The translations under genes were made by a program, and so were the position numbers. The notes under the pieces are model-generated. The model saw only the letters and a program-made list of their open reading frames with translations, searched no databases and was not told where the DNA came from. Below are positions 23,301 to 33,000 of a stretch of 64,000 nucleotides of DNA, one piece after another; position 1 is the stretch's first letter, and each line of letters starts with the position of its first letter. The stretch is from Ascoidea asiatica JCM 7603 (lineage: Eukaryota; Fungi; Ascomycota), in contig BCKQ01000006.1 of assembly GCA_001600695.1 (NCBI GenBank), positions 262,600 to 326,599 of the forward strand. Direction: 5' to 3'.

Positions 23301-24211
23301 GAATTACCTGTAGTAGTATTGTTATTATTATTGTTGTTTAGACCAAACCCTCCAAAAGGACTAGAAGAAGCTGGTTTACTACCAAATAAACCAGTTGAAC
23401 CACTATTATTATTATTGTTATTGCTACCGAATATACCAGTTGAAGTGGTATTGTTATTTGCATTACCGAATAAACCTGTTGAAGCTGTGTTAGTAGTATT
23501 ATTATTATTGTTAAGACCAAATGGATTTGAATTTGAGTTATTATTATTAGAATTGAAACCAGTGAAAGCATTTGAAGTTGAATTACTATTCATTCCAAAA
23601 GGATTTGAGTTAGTATTAGTAGTGGTATTACTATTATTATTTGAAAAAGAAAATGGAGATTGATTTAGAGACAGAGATTGAGGTTTATTTCCAAATAAAC
23701 CTCCAGAAGTTAAAGAATTATTATTATTGTTATTATTATTATTAAAACCACCAAATGCACTTGTTGTTGAAGTATTTGAATTGAATAAATTATTTGAATT
23801 ATTTGGATTTGAATTTGCATCTTTTCTACCTTGAGTATAATCTTGAAATCTTAATTCTTCAAAAGAATAATTTTTATATTGATTTAAAGCAGTAATACTT
23901 TGAAAAAGGGTTGTATTACCTTGAGTATCTCTTTCAGAATATTCACTAAATGGTACAATTGAAGTACCTTGATTTGAAGTTGTTGTATTATTATTATTTG
24001 AAAGAGCAGAAAATGCATTAGATGATGAAGAAGTTAATGAGTTTGAAGGATTTGAAGAAAACAAATTATTTGATTTATTTAAATTTGAATTGAATATACC
24101 ATTTGAATTATTTGATGATTGATTATTATTATTACCAAAGATTGAATTATTATTATTTGAAGATTGATTTGAACCAAAACCTCCAAAGGTTGTTGAATTG
24201 GATCCAAACAT
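20345..24211 (-). CDS. NUP116: GLFG nucleoporin Nup116/Nup100 type (1288 aa from the ATG at 24211)
   Basis: FG/GLFG repeats, GLEBS motif (SITA..YKNYSFEELRFQDY..GRK) and a C-terminal Nucleoporin2 domain (NFTVGRKGYGKIEF...YDPVTGQWVFSV) with no HFS cleavage site or Nup145C part. The ORF-track start at 24238 is a TTG. Confidence 0.93.
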   Translation of the reverse strand: MFGSNSTTFGGFGSNQSSNNNNSIFGNNNNQSSNNSNGIFNSNLNKSNNLFSSNPSNSLTSSSSNAFSALSNNNNTTTSNQGTSIVPFSEYSERDTQGNTTLFQSITALNQYKNYSFEELRFQDYTQGRKDANSNPNNSNNLFNSNTSTTSAFGGFNNNNNNNNNSLTSGGLFGNKPQSLSLNQSPFSFSNNNSNTTTNTNSNPFGMNSNSTSNAFTGFNSNNNNSNSNPFGLNNNNNTTNTASTGLFGNANNNTTSTGIFGSNNNNNNSGSTGLFGSKPASSSPFGGFGLNNNNNNNTTTGNSAFSFGNNNNNTGSTGLFGSKPATTNIFGSNNNTNTSTGLFGSKPASSSPFGGFGLNNNNNNNTTTGNSAFSFGNNNNNTGSTGLFGSKPATTNIFGSNNNTNTSTGLFGSKPASSSPFGGFGLNNNNNNNTTTGNSAFSFGNNNNNTGSTGLFGSKPATTNIFGSNNNTNTSTGLFGNSNNNNTTNAFSGFNNNSSTPSTSIFGNNTNNNNNTSTGLFGNTNNNNNTTSTGLFGNNNNNNNTTSTGLFGSKPATTNLFGNNTNNNTTSTGLFGGNKPATTSIFGNNNNNNIANKPAASPFSFGLNNNNNNNSNSLNTLNSNTNTNSNSIFNTNKPTFGFGLNNNNNNNNNNGLNTNTNTNTSGFLSSGINNNNNNTNSGGIFGNNNNNNNNISTNNTNSTLGTGGLFNSNNTFNNNNNNNSLSTGGLFSNNNNNNTNTNTTGNLFNTNKPIGSFAPINNSNPLNTNNNTNSLFNSNNNNSINSNNTNSLFNNNNNSNNNNNTLNNNSNSIFNNNNNNTNSLFNPNNSSINNNLNNNNNNNQLIQKQQQQLQQQQQQSLLSSNPYSANPLFANALSLLTQSDSDNSPIATLLNNNNRKLRRRPLSITSAYNLKPFRPLVSPKALKSRVLSINGTEVKLITGIQNSSSSNLNNSISNSNNSVLINNEIDRSLLSSFIPSNDIKTLLIDKNHKKIPDLSEESMIITSSPNINSVKPLKEITNTDNNINNNDDENENANGLSTPNSKINKLKDITSTPNTSYINNSILNNNSSNDKSDKNNSNFIKKLDLNDNINSSNNSFSGFHNDNSIIEKNSKDNKDNKDNSNVDDVYQDDHENDDEDELIVDDDGYWFSPSVEVLNKLSLLKLRAVENFTVGRKGYGKIEFKVPIDLTIIPNISKIAGNEILFIDKTCIVYPNEEDQPPVGEGFNVPARITIEKCYPVLKKKIIKDPKHEIVRHHIKKLHHVEGTKFESYDPVTGQWVFSVERV
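22768..23399. repeat. Perfect 204-bp x 3.1 intragenic tandem repeat (68-aa unit) in NUP116
   Basis: The anchor TAGACCAAACCCTCC recurs at 22931, 23135 and 23339. The units look identical, including synonymous positions. Confidence 0.95.
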
Positions 24212-24493
24212 TGTGATATAGGGAGGATTAAAATACAATGATTGTTTATTAGTTTATTGATTGATCTATTGATTGGTTAATATAATATAATGTAATGTAA
24301 TATAATATAATATGATAAATATGATATAATGAGATATAATAGTGGAGTATTTTGTACAGTAATCAGAAGGATAATTACCATAATAAATAGTAGAAAAAGG
24401 TGCAATGACCGATATAAATAGTAATGGTAAAAGCAAGTTAACTATGTGAAAAATCTTTTATCTGCCTGGTTTTTAGACACAGAGAAGGAAAAA

Positions 24494-24756
24494 CACGTGC
24501 CGAAAGGACTCCAGAAAAGGGGCGCAAAAGCAAATAAACAAAAAGACACACCAATTTGGTCTCGTATGAGTCACATGGCACGTGCACTGATAAAGGCGTG
24601 CTGCTGCATAAAAGAAGTTCCACCTATATGGTCTTGCACAAATCACATGCTTAATACATGTACTTACATTATTCTACATTCAAGCACTACCTTATATTTG
24701 GTCACCAGAACACACATGATAAGTTTATATCACCTGACTTTTGTGTGTCCCGTGAC
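24494..24756. promoter_or_regulatory. E-box/Cbf1 cluster and a Gcn4-type site in the divergent NUP116-SAP promoter
   Basis: CACGTG near 24494 and 24579; TGAGTCA at 24567-24573 overlapping GTCACATG; ATCACATG near 24642. Confidence 0.55.
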
Positions 24757-25516
24757 TGGCTTTTTCCTTGTTCTGCTTCTCCTTTTCCTGTTGCTCATTT
24801 GCGAGTGTTTCATTAGTCGTCGCTGTCGTCCTCGTCTTGTTCTTCTTTGCAGTTCTTGAAGCAGGCGCTCTTTTTGCCTTTCTTCTTTTCTGAGGGTGCT
24901 CACTCCACTGCAGTACTACAACACCACCACAACTAACTGCTTTTACTACTGCTACCCTTATTTTCTATTTTATTCCTCTATTTCTGTTCTTATTTGGTAA
25001 TAAATCACCTTGATTATTAAAGAAATATTATTATAAAAATCAATAATTAAGAGATAATATAAATATATCTTAATAAAATACAATTATAATACAAATATAT
25101 CATATAATATCATATAATTTCATATAATATCTTATCAATATCCATCTTTGTCATTATAATATGATATATTATGTTATATTTTCTATAATGCTCCTCAATT
25201 TATCATCTATATATTCTAATAACTAAACATCATAATATAATATCATATAATATCATATATTACAAAATATAATACAATATATAATCCAAATCATCAAATA
25301 ATTGTAATATTATCCTTTTTTTTATATATTCCTTTAACTATTACTCTTTCTAATCTCTGATCTCTTTAATTTTTAATCTTTAATCGTAATCTTAATCTTT
25401 TTCTATTCATATTCTCCATCTTAATACTCATTAATATTCAATTTTATAAAATTTTTAATATCATATATAATAACAAATCAAATCAATCAGACAAATAAAA
25501 TATCAAATAAACTAAA

Positions 25517-28500
25517 ATGTCTGCAAATTTTTGGAATTTAGCTCCAGTTTTTCAAAATTATACTTCAATTTCAATTTTATTACAAAATTTAAATTTTAAT
25601 GATTTAAATAATTTAGATTTAAAATTTAATAAAAATAATGATAATAATAATAATAATCAAAATGATTATAATTTTAATATAGATTTTAAAATTTTAAAAA
25701 ATATAAATATTCAAATTTTATTCAAAATCCTAGATCAAAATGATTTATTACATGATTTAACTCATAATTCAAATTTAAATTCAAATTTAATTAATTTCTT
25801 TAATTCAAAATTCATATTAAATATCTTAATTAATTATATTATTTATGATTATAATGATTATCAATATCAATTTCAACAATTCACTACCTCTAATTCTAAT
25901 TATAATTCTAATTCTAATTCAAATGATAATAAAGATAATAAAGACGAGAAAGACGTCCAAGATGACGACGACGATAAACAAGATGACAATTTAGACAAAG
26001 AAGATAAAGATGAATATTACTCTTACGACACTTCAATATCAAATTATAATAATGAATCAAATATCGAAATTTATAACAGAAGATCTTCAATATCTTTAGA
26101 AATTTTATCTTCAAATATTAATTCAATAACAAAAATTTTATTAAATTCAAATTTCTTATTATATAAAATTTTTTCAATTTTAAATTTAAATGAAAAAAAA
26201 AAAAATATTTCAATAATTAAATCAAATAATTTTATGAAATTAAATGAAAATTTCTTAAAAAATTATTTAATTAATAATTTTTTTTATATTAAATTCATTT
26301 CAAAAAATTTCATTTATAATAATTTATTAAATAAATTTTTAAATCAAATTACAAATCCTCCATTAATGGATTTTCTTTTAAAATTAATTTCTTCAGATAG
26401 TTTATTTAATGATATTCAAAATAATAATTCAAATAGTAATTCAATTAATAATATTATTCAAGATCAAGATCAAGATAATAATACTTCTGAGAAAGATAAC
26501 GAAAATGAAAATAGTAGTAATAATAATAATAATAATAAAGAAAATTATATGGATTTAAATATTATTAATATTTTATATAATCAAAATTTAATACCAAAAT
26601 TAATTAATTTCTTAAAACCAAAATTTAATCCATTAATTCAATCTTCTTCTTCAGATTTTTTAAAAGCTTTAATTACAATTTCTGCAAATTCAAATAATGG
26701 TGATTCTTCAATTATTGGTCCAAATAAATTATCAAGACAATTAGTTAGTAAAAAAATTATTTCAAATTTAATTAAAATTATGTTATTTGGTAATTATTCT
26801 TTATCAAATTCTGTTAGTATAATTATAGAAATTATTAGAAAAAATAATTCGGATTATGATATAATTCCAATGAATTTTTTAAATTTAAATAATCATCCTC
26901 CAAATTCAAATGATCCAATTTATTTAGGTTATTTAATTAAAATTTTTTCAAAAAATATTTTAAATTTTAATAAAATTTTATTAAATAATAAAACCACTTC
27001 AAATATTAAAAAAATTAATTTTAAATATAATGATGATGAATTTGAACCTTTAGGTTTTGAAAAATTTAGAATTTGTGAATTAATTGCAGAATTATTACAT
27101 TGTTCAAATATGGCTTTATTAAATAATCCTGATGGTGAATCAATTGCAAAAGAAAGAGATTATCATAGAATTAGATTATTAAAAATTAATGAATCTGAAA
27201 ATTATAATTTTAATTATAATCAATATATTCCAAAAACAACTAAAATCACTAAAAAAAATAAAACTAAAATCAAAAATGAAGAAAATTTTGATAATTTAAA
27301 AACTGAAATTGAAAGTTTAAAAAATTTAAATTTAAATAATTCAAATGATGAAAATGAAACTAATAATTTCAAAAATAACAAAAATGATAATAATGACAAT
27401 GATAATGATAATGATAGCAATGATGATTCTGAAATCATTGATCCTGATGCAATTATTAATAATGAGTTATTTCCTGAAAATTTTGATATTGAAAATGATT
27501 TCAAAGAAGAAATTATCTTAAATCCAGAATTAGGTTTAGAATTTGATGATGATATTGATACTCCATATTTATCACCAATTAAACCTGATAAATTTTATGA
27601 TAATGGTGAAAACGTTTTTAGAGAAAGTCCAATTATTGGTGATCAATTAAAAATTGCTTTACATGATACAAAAATTATAAAAAATATTATAAACTTATTT
27701 TTTAAATATCCTTGGAATAATTTTTTACATAATGTAATTTTTGATATTATACAACAAATTTTGAATGGTTCAATTGAAATTGGTTTTAATAGATATTTAA
27801 TTTTAAATTTATTTTTAGATTATAAATTAATTAAATTTATTTTAAAAGCTGAAAATGATTCAAATCAATTTTATATCAAAAATAATATCAGATTAGGTTA
27901 TATGGGTCATTTAACTTTAATTTCTGAAGAAGTTGTGAAATTTTTACAATTAATTGATAAACAAGGTAAATCTCAACTTTTAAATGAAAAAATTATAATT
28001 GATGATAATAATCAACAAATTCAAGATATAAATAGAGATCAATATTCTCAATTAGATATTTCTATTAAATTATTATATTCATGTTTAATTGAATCTGTAA
28101 TTGATGATCCTGATTGGATTGAATATATTGAAGGTCCTTTAAAAGATACTAGAAATAAATATAATTCAAGATTAGGTGGTAGTGATCAAGAAGATGAAGG
28201 TGATAATGTTTATAATGATAATGATAATTATAGTATTAATGATAATGATAATGATAATGATAGTTACAATAATATTAATAATAATGCCGATGATACTAAT
28301 ACTAATAATATTATCAATAACAATGATAATGAAAATGAAGTTGGTGATGATTATGATGTAAATAATAATGCGAATAATACAAATGATTTTAATAATGAAT
28401 CAAAAAAAAACTTAAATGATAATACCACTTTAGAAAATAATAATATCAGTAATAATAATAATAACGATAATAATAATAGTAATAGTGCAGAAACAAGTTA

Positions 28501-29545
28501 TTCTTATGATATAAATTCAAAAGATAATTATATTCTTGAAGAAGAAGAAGATTACAATTCTCATAATCAAAATGGAGTCCATGAAGATGATGATAATTAT
28601 GAAGTACATCAGAATAGATTTTTAGGTAATAATAAAGTTAAAATTAAAACTCTTGATGTTGATGACAATGATGATTATAAAAATAATAATAATAATGATA
28701 GTGATGAAGAAGAAGATGAAGATCGATATAAATATGTGAATGATTATCAACAAATGAATTCAGAACCTGTATTATCATTAAATGATTTATTGCATGGAAA
28801 TTCTATTAGTAATGATGACGATAAATCAGCTAATAATGATAATAAAAAAAATAAAAATAAAAATAAAAATAAAAGTAAAAATAAAAATAAAAAAAATAAA
28901 AAAGAATCTGGACAAAGTTATGGATTTTTAAGTAATTATAATTCACCATCTTCATCATCTTCATCATCAGAGGAAGAAGAACTTGATTATTGGAAAAGTA
29001 ATGACCATAATAATTCTTTACAGCATTCATCAGATATTGGATTAATTAATGAATTTAATGATGATTATGAAGATCCAAATGATGATGGACAAAATTATTC
29101 TAAAAAAACATTATATTCATCAATTTTACAACCTTTTGGGACAGGGACTATGGATAAAAAACAGAAATTAAATTCCACTGGGTTAACATCATGTTTATTA
29201 CCTCAAGTTAATATAGATAAAAAAATGAATTTCAAATCAAAGGATAATAATAGTAAAAATAATAAAAATGATGATAAGAGTAATAATAATGAAAGTAAAG
29301 ATAAAGAAGATGAAGAAAATAAATCAAAAAAAAATAGGTTTGACCTTAATCAAGTTGATGATGAAGATGATGATTTAGATTTAGAAGATCAAATTGATGA
29401 TGCTGATGATGTGGATGATGATGATGATTATGATGAAGAAGATAGTTATAAATTAACAAGGAGTAAAAGTAAAGGAGATATGAATTGGGATGAAGATGAG
29501 CAATCAAGGTTAATGAACATTGGAAGCTATATATATAAAAAATAA
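25517..29545 (+). CDS. SAP190: Sit4 (PP6) phosphatase-associating protein, SAPS family (Sap185/Sap190-like)
   Basis: Motifs IGPNKLSRQLVS, IEIIRKNNSDYD, EPLGFEKFRICELIAELLHCSNM, YPWNNFLHNVIFDIIQQI and RLGYMGHLTLISEEVVKF. Confidence 0.9.
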   Translation: MSANFWNLAPVFQNYTSISILLQNLNFNDLNNLDLKFNKNNDNNNNNQNDYNFNIDFKILKNINIQILFKILDQNDLLHDLTHNSNLNSNLINFFNSKFILNILINYIIYDYNDYQYQFQQFTTSNSNYNSNSNSNDNKDNKDEKDVQDDDDDKQDDNLDKEDKDEYYSYDTSISNYNNESNIEIYNRRSSISLEILSSNINSITKILLNSNFLLYKIFSILNLNEKKKNISIIKSNNFMKLNENFLKNYLINNFFYIKFISKNFIYNNLLNKFLNQITNPPLMDFLLKLISSDSLFNDIQNNNSNSNSINNIIQDQDQDNNTSEKDNENENSSNNNNNNKENYMDLNIINILYNQNLIPKLINFLKPKFNPLIQSSSSDFLKALITISANSNNGDSSIIGPNKLSRQLVSKKIISNLIKIMLFGNYSLSNSVSIIIEIIRKNNSDYDIIPMNFLNLNNHPPNSNDPIYLGYLIKIFSKNILNFNKILLNNKTTSNIKKINFKYNDDEFEPLGFEKFRICELIAELLHCSNMALLNNPDGESIAKERDYHRIRLLKINESENYNFNYNQYIPKTTKITKKNKTKIKNEENFDNLKTEIESLKNLNLNNSNDENETNNFKNNKNDNNDNDNDNDSNDDSEIIDPDAIINNELFPENFDIENDFKEEIILNPELGLEFDDDIDTPYLSPIKPDKFYDNGENVFRESPIIGDQLKIALHDTKIIKNIINLFFKYPWNNFLHNVIFDIIQQILNGSIEIGFNRYLILNLFLDYKLIKFILKAENDSNQFYIKNNIRLGYMGHLTLISEEVVKFLQLIDKQGKSQLLNEKIIIDDNNQQIQDINRDQYSQLDISIKLLYSCLIESVIDDPDWIEYIEGPLKDTRNKYNSRLGGSDQEDEGDNVYNDNDNYSINDNDNDNDSYNNINNNADDTNTNNIINNNDNENEVGDDYDVNNNANNTNDFNNESKKNLNDNTTLENNNISNNNNNDNNNSNSAETSYSYDINSKDNYILEEEEDYNSHNQNGVHEDDDNYEVHQNRFLGNNKVKIKTLDVDDNDDYKNNNNNDSDEEEDEDRYKYVNDYQQMNSEPVLSLNDLLHGNSISNDDDKSANNDNKKNKNKNKNKSKNKNKKNKKESGQSYGFLSNYNSPSSSSSSSEEEELDYWKSNDHNNSLQHSSDIGLINEFNDDYEDPNDDGQNYSKKTLYSSILQPFGTGTMDKKQKLNSTGLTSCLLPQVNIDKKMNFKSKDNNSKNNKNDDKSNNNESKDKEDEENKSKKNRFDLNQVDDEDDDLDLEDQIDDADDVDDDDDYDEEDSYKLTRSKSKGDMNWDEDEQSRLMNIGSYIYKK

Positions 29546-29585
29546 AATAAAATAAAATAAAATAAAATAAAATAAAATAAAATAA
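29540..29585. repeat. (AAAAT)n microsatellite overlapping the SAPS stop codon
   Basis: About 9 copies seen directly; the TAA stop is part of the first unit. Confidence 0.9.
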
Positions 29586-30447
29586 CTTATAAAATTACTA
29601 AATGATGATAATATAAATAAAAATTAAATGATTTTTTTGCTTTTTTTTTTCTTTATTTTTAGATTTTTTGAATTCTTTTTTTGGTTTAAAATTTTTCTTT
29701 TTTTCTAATTTTTGACCTTATTTTTATTAAAAAATTTCTCTTTTCTCATTTCTCATTTTAAATTATTCATTTTACATATATTACTTAATTTTTTTTACAT
29801 TCTTTTTACGTTCTTTTTACGTTCTTTTTATTATATTCTTTTATTAAAATTATAATTATAACTATAATTAATTTTTTTTATTCTTATTTACAATTCTTTT
29901 AATTTTTAGAATGTCTTAATTTTAAACACTTTTATATTAATAATGTTATATTAATAATTTTATATTAATAATAATGATAATTTATTTCAAATTATTCATG
30001 AATTTATGATCTTAATGAAGAAGAAGAAGATATATGTATATAAGTATATATGTATATAAAAAGTAAGAATTTATCTTTATCTTTGTCTTTCTTCAAGTAA
30101 ATATTTACAACTAAATATAACTATAACTATAACTATAAATATAACTATAAATATAAAGATATAAAGATATAAAGATATATAAATATGCATATAAGTATAT
30201 AAACTAATTTACACTAAATATAATTAATGTCTCAATTCAGTTTCAAATCTATTCCAAAATCTATTGGAATATCTAACCATTTGAATAACAATAAGTTTAT
30301 TGTAATTGTGAATCAAGTTTTGATTCTAGTTCCAATGTAGTCTTAGACCAAGACTATTTCCAATATAGTTTAATTATAATATATTTATATATAGTATAAT
30401 AGATATGATATATTGTATAAATATGTGTGGAGTGAAGTGGGATATAA

Positions 30448-31458
30448 TTAAATTAGATCAGATAAATTATCATCTTCATAAATTTGATTAATTGAATGAT
30501 TTGATAAGAATAAATTAATTAAATTTTCTTCAAAAGGTCTAATATTTGAGTTAGGTAAATTATTCAAATTAATTTGAGGTAAATTATTATTATTTAATAA
30601 ATTTTTAATAATATTATTTAAATTATTATTATTAATTAAATTTAAGATATTATTAAATTGTTGATCATCATTATGGGAAGTAGTTTCAAGATTATTATCA
30701 AGATTATTATCAAAATTATTATCGAGATTTGTATCAATATCAGAAATATCAGAAATATCAGTATCAGAAATATTATCATTATTATTATCAAATTTTGAAT
30801 ATGAATTGATTGAATTTTCAGATATTGGTAAAGAAGTTGTTGAAGATGAACTCATATTATTATTATTATTATTATTATTACTTATAGAAGAGTTAAGTTT
30901 AGTTGAATTTGAGACTATTGAAGAAAATGGAGTATTTGCTGAAGAGTTATAAGATGAATTAGAAGATGAACTTGAAGAAAGATTTATATTATTGTTATTT
31001 TGTATCTGATTAAGATTTAAAACTTGATTTTGAGTATTATTTTGAATATTATTTTGAATATGATTTGTTGATGAATGATTTTGAATATTTGAAAAATGTG
31101 AATGATTTGTGAAAGTATTTATATTTGAAATGATATTATGATTACTTAAATTTGGAATAAAATCATTATCATAATCGTTATCATAATCAAACTCATCATC
31201 ATCATCATCATCATAATCATTTTCAGAGTGTGATTCAAAATCAGATCCAGATTTTAGTTTAGACTGGACATCATACTGTATTAAGTTATTTTGATTTGAT
31301 TGATTTGATTGAGAAGTTTGATTATTAACATTTTGAATATTAGTAGTATATTGATTATTATCAGACTGATTTCTCAGATCAGATAGTTTCTGATTATTTT
31401 TTGTGATATTATTAGAATTTGAATTTGAATTTGAATTTGAATTTGAATTGATTGACAT
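30448..31458 (-). CDS. Hypothetical low-complexity Asn/Ser/Asp-rich protein (336 aa)
   Basis: Long ORF with AAAAATG context. Only the last ~35 aa are of normal complexity. Confidence 0.7.
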   Translation of the reverse strand: MSINSNSNSNSNSNSNNITKNNQKLSDLRNQSDNNQYTTNIQNVNNQTSQSNQSNQNNLIQYDVQSKLKSGSDFESHSENDYDDDDDDEFDYDNDYDNDFIPNLSNHNIISNINTFTNHSHFSNIQNHSSTNHIQNNIQNNTQNQVLNLNQIQNNNNINLSSSSSSNSSYNSSANTPFSSIVSNSTKLNSSISNNNNNNNNMSSSSTTSLPISENSINSYSKFDNNNDNISDTDISDISDIDTNLDNNFDNNLDNNLETTSHNDDQQFNNILNLINNNNLNNIIKNLLNNNNLPQINLNNLPNSNIRPFEENLINLFLSNHSINQIYEDDNLSDLI

Positions 31459-32169
31459 TTTTGATTGAATTTAGATAAAACTAAGAACATAAATAAATAA
31501 AGAATATTTTATCTTTATCTTTAGTCAATATAAAATGACAAAAAGTAAATGTAAATCAGTTGATTTCTGATGAAAGTAATTAAGAAATAGTAAGTGAGAG
31601 TAAGTAAGTGGTGGTGATTGGTATTGGTGGTGTATTTCTGGAAACGAGACGAGGATGTTTGTTTCTGACGAATAAAGGTATAATAAATTTAAAGTGAGAT
31701 AAACAGTGAATAAACTGTGAATATACTGAAAACAGTGAAGTGAGTTAGTAATTGTGATAGAGAATAGTAAAAGAGAGAGGTGAAAGGTGAGAAGGAGAAA
31801 GAGAAGGAGAGAGAGAAGCACACCCACAGCCCTGGCGACAGCATAGCCTCGGAAAATATCCTAAATATTACCGGATTCAAACTAGTATCACATGCTAAGG
31901 TCGAAAGTAAATGTGGCAAATTACAGCCACATTTACGGCGGTGCAATTTGTTTTGTCGCCGTGATTATGGTACTTCTTTATTTAAAATTATTATGTAAGA
32001 ACAGCTGATCTAAAACATCCATACTTTTGGACTCATTTTCAGTAGAAAAATTTCTTTATTCTTTTCAATATATTAAACTATTTAATAACAATTTAATTAT
32101 TTAATTAGATATATTTATTTGTTTATTTGTCTTAATCACAAACAATTAATTATTAATTATATATCCAGA

Positions 32170-33000
32170 ATGAATTCATCAAACAAACGATCAAACTTTA
32201 GAATAGGTAAGCCTTTAAAGAAACAAAAATCTAGTGAAGCTAAAACTTCTGATAGAAGATTAGCTTCTGGTAGAGCTCCTGCAACTTATTTACTTAGTGC
32301 CACTAAAAATTTATCTGAATTAACTTCAAATTCGAATAGAATTAAATCTTTTGATAATAATAATATTTTAAATAATCAAAATGATATAAATAATATAAAT
32401 AATCTAAATAATATAAACAATCTTACTAATAATAACTCTAATACTAATTTTAATAACCAGTTTATTAATTCAAATTATAATAATAATAATAATAATCCTC
32501 AACTTCAACAACAACAAACTCAAGAGGAAATTAATCCTGAAGTTAATATAAATAAAGAATCAATAATAACTGTAAAAAGATCAGATGGTAAAAATTCTTG
32601 GAATGACGATTCTTTATTAGATTGGAATCCAAATCATTTTAGATTATTTGTTGGAAATTTAGGTAATGATGTTAATGAAATAATTTTACAAAGAGCATTT
32701 TTAAAATATAATTCATTATCAAAAGTTAAAGTTCCAATAAATTTAAAAACAAATGAAAATAAAGGTTATGGATTTATTTCATTTTCTGATCCAAATGATT
32801 ATTTTAAAGCTTTTAAAGAAATGAATAATAAATATGTTGGTCAACATCCAATTCAATTAAAAAAAGCAAAAACTGATTTAATTCCAACTAAAATTAAATT
32901 AAATAATAAAAAAAATAATAAAAATAATAAATTTATTAAAAATAGAAATCATAAAAATGATAATAATAATAAAAATTATAATAAATATAATAAAAAGTAA
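32170..33000 (+). CDS. RBM42-like RRM protein (tri-snRNP-associated splicing factor homologue), 276 aa
   Basis: WNDDSLLDWNPNHFRLFVGNLGNDV, KGYGFISFSDP and MNNKYVGQHPIQLKK match the RBM42 RRM signature. The first ATG is at 32170; the track start is a TTG. Confidence 0.85.
   Translation: MNSSNKRSNFRIGKPLKKQKSSEAKTSDRRLASGRAPATYLLSATKNLSELTSNSNRIKSFDNNNILNNQNDINNINNLNNINNLTNNNSNTNFNNQFINSNYNNNNNNPQLQQQQTQEEINPEVNINKESIITVKRSDGKNSWNDDSLLDWNPNHFRLFVGNLGNDVNEIILQRAFLKYNSLSKVKVPINLKTNENKGYGFISFSDPNDYFKAFKEMNNKYVGQHPIQLKKAKTDLIPTKIKLNNKKNNKNNKFIKNRNHKNDNNNKNYNKYNKK

Noticed and set aside
21711-23663. 650-aa Leu/Val-rich plus-strand ORF
   Set aside because: It is the antisense shadow of NUP116. The AAT/ACT/GGT-rich repeats give a stop-free TTA/GTA frame with no independent coding signal.
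24438-24859. ORFs of 61-137 aa in the NUP116-SAP intergenic island, and similar ones at 10156-10571, 31525-31998 and 39712-40377
   Set aside because: They mostly have non-ATG starts and atypical codon usage, and coincide with GC-richer promoter DNA where stops are naturally rarer.
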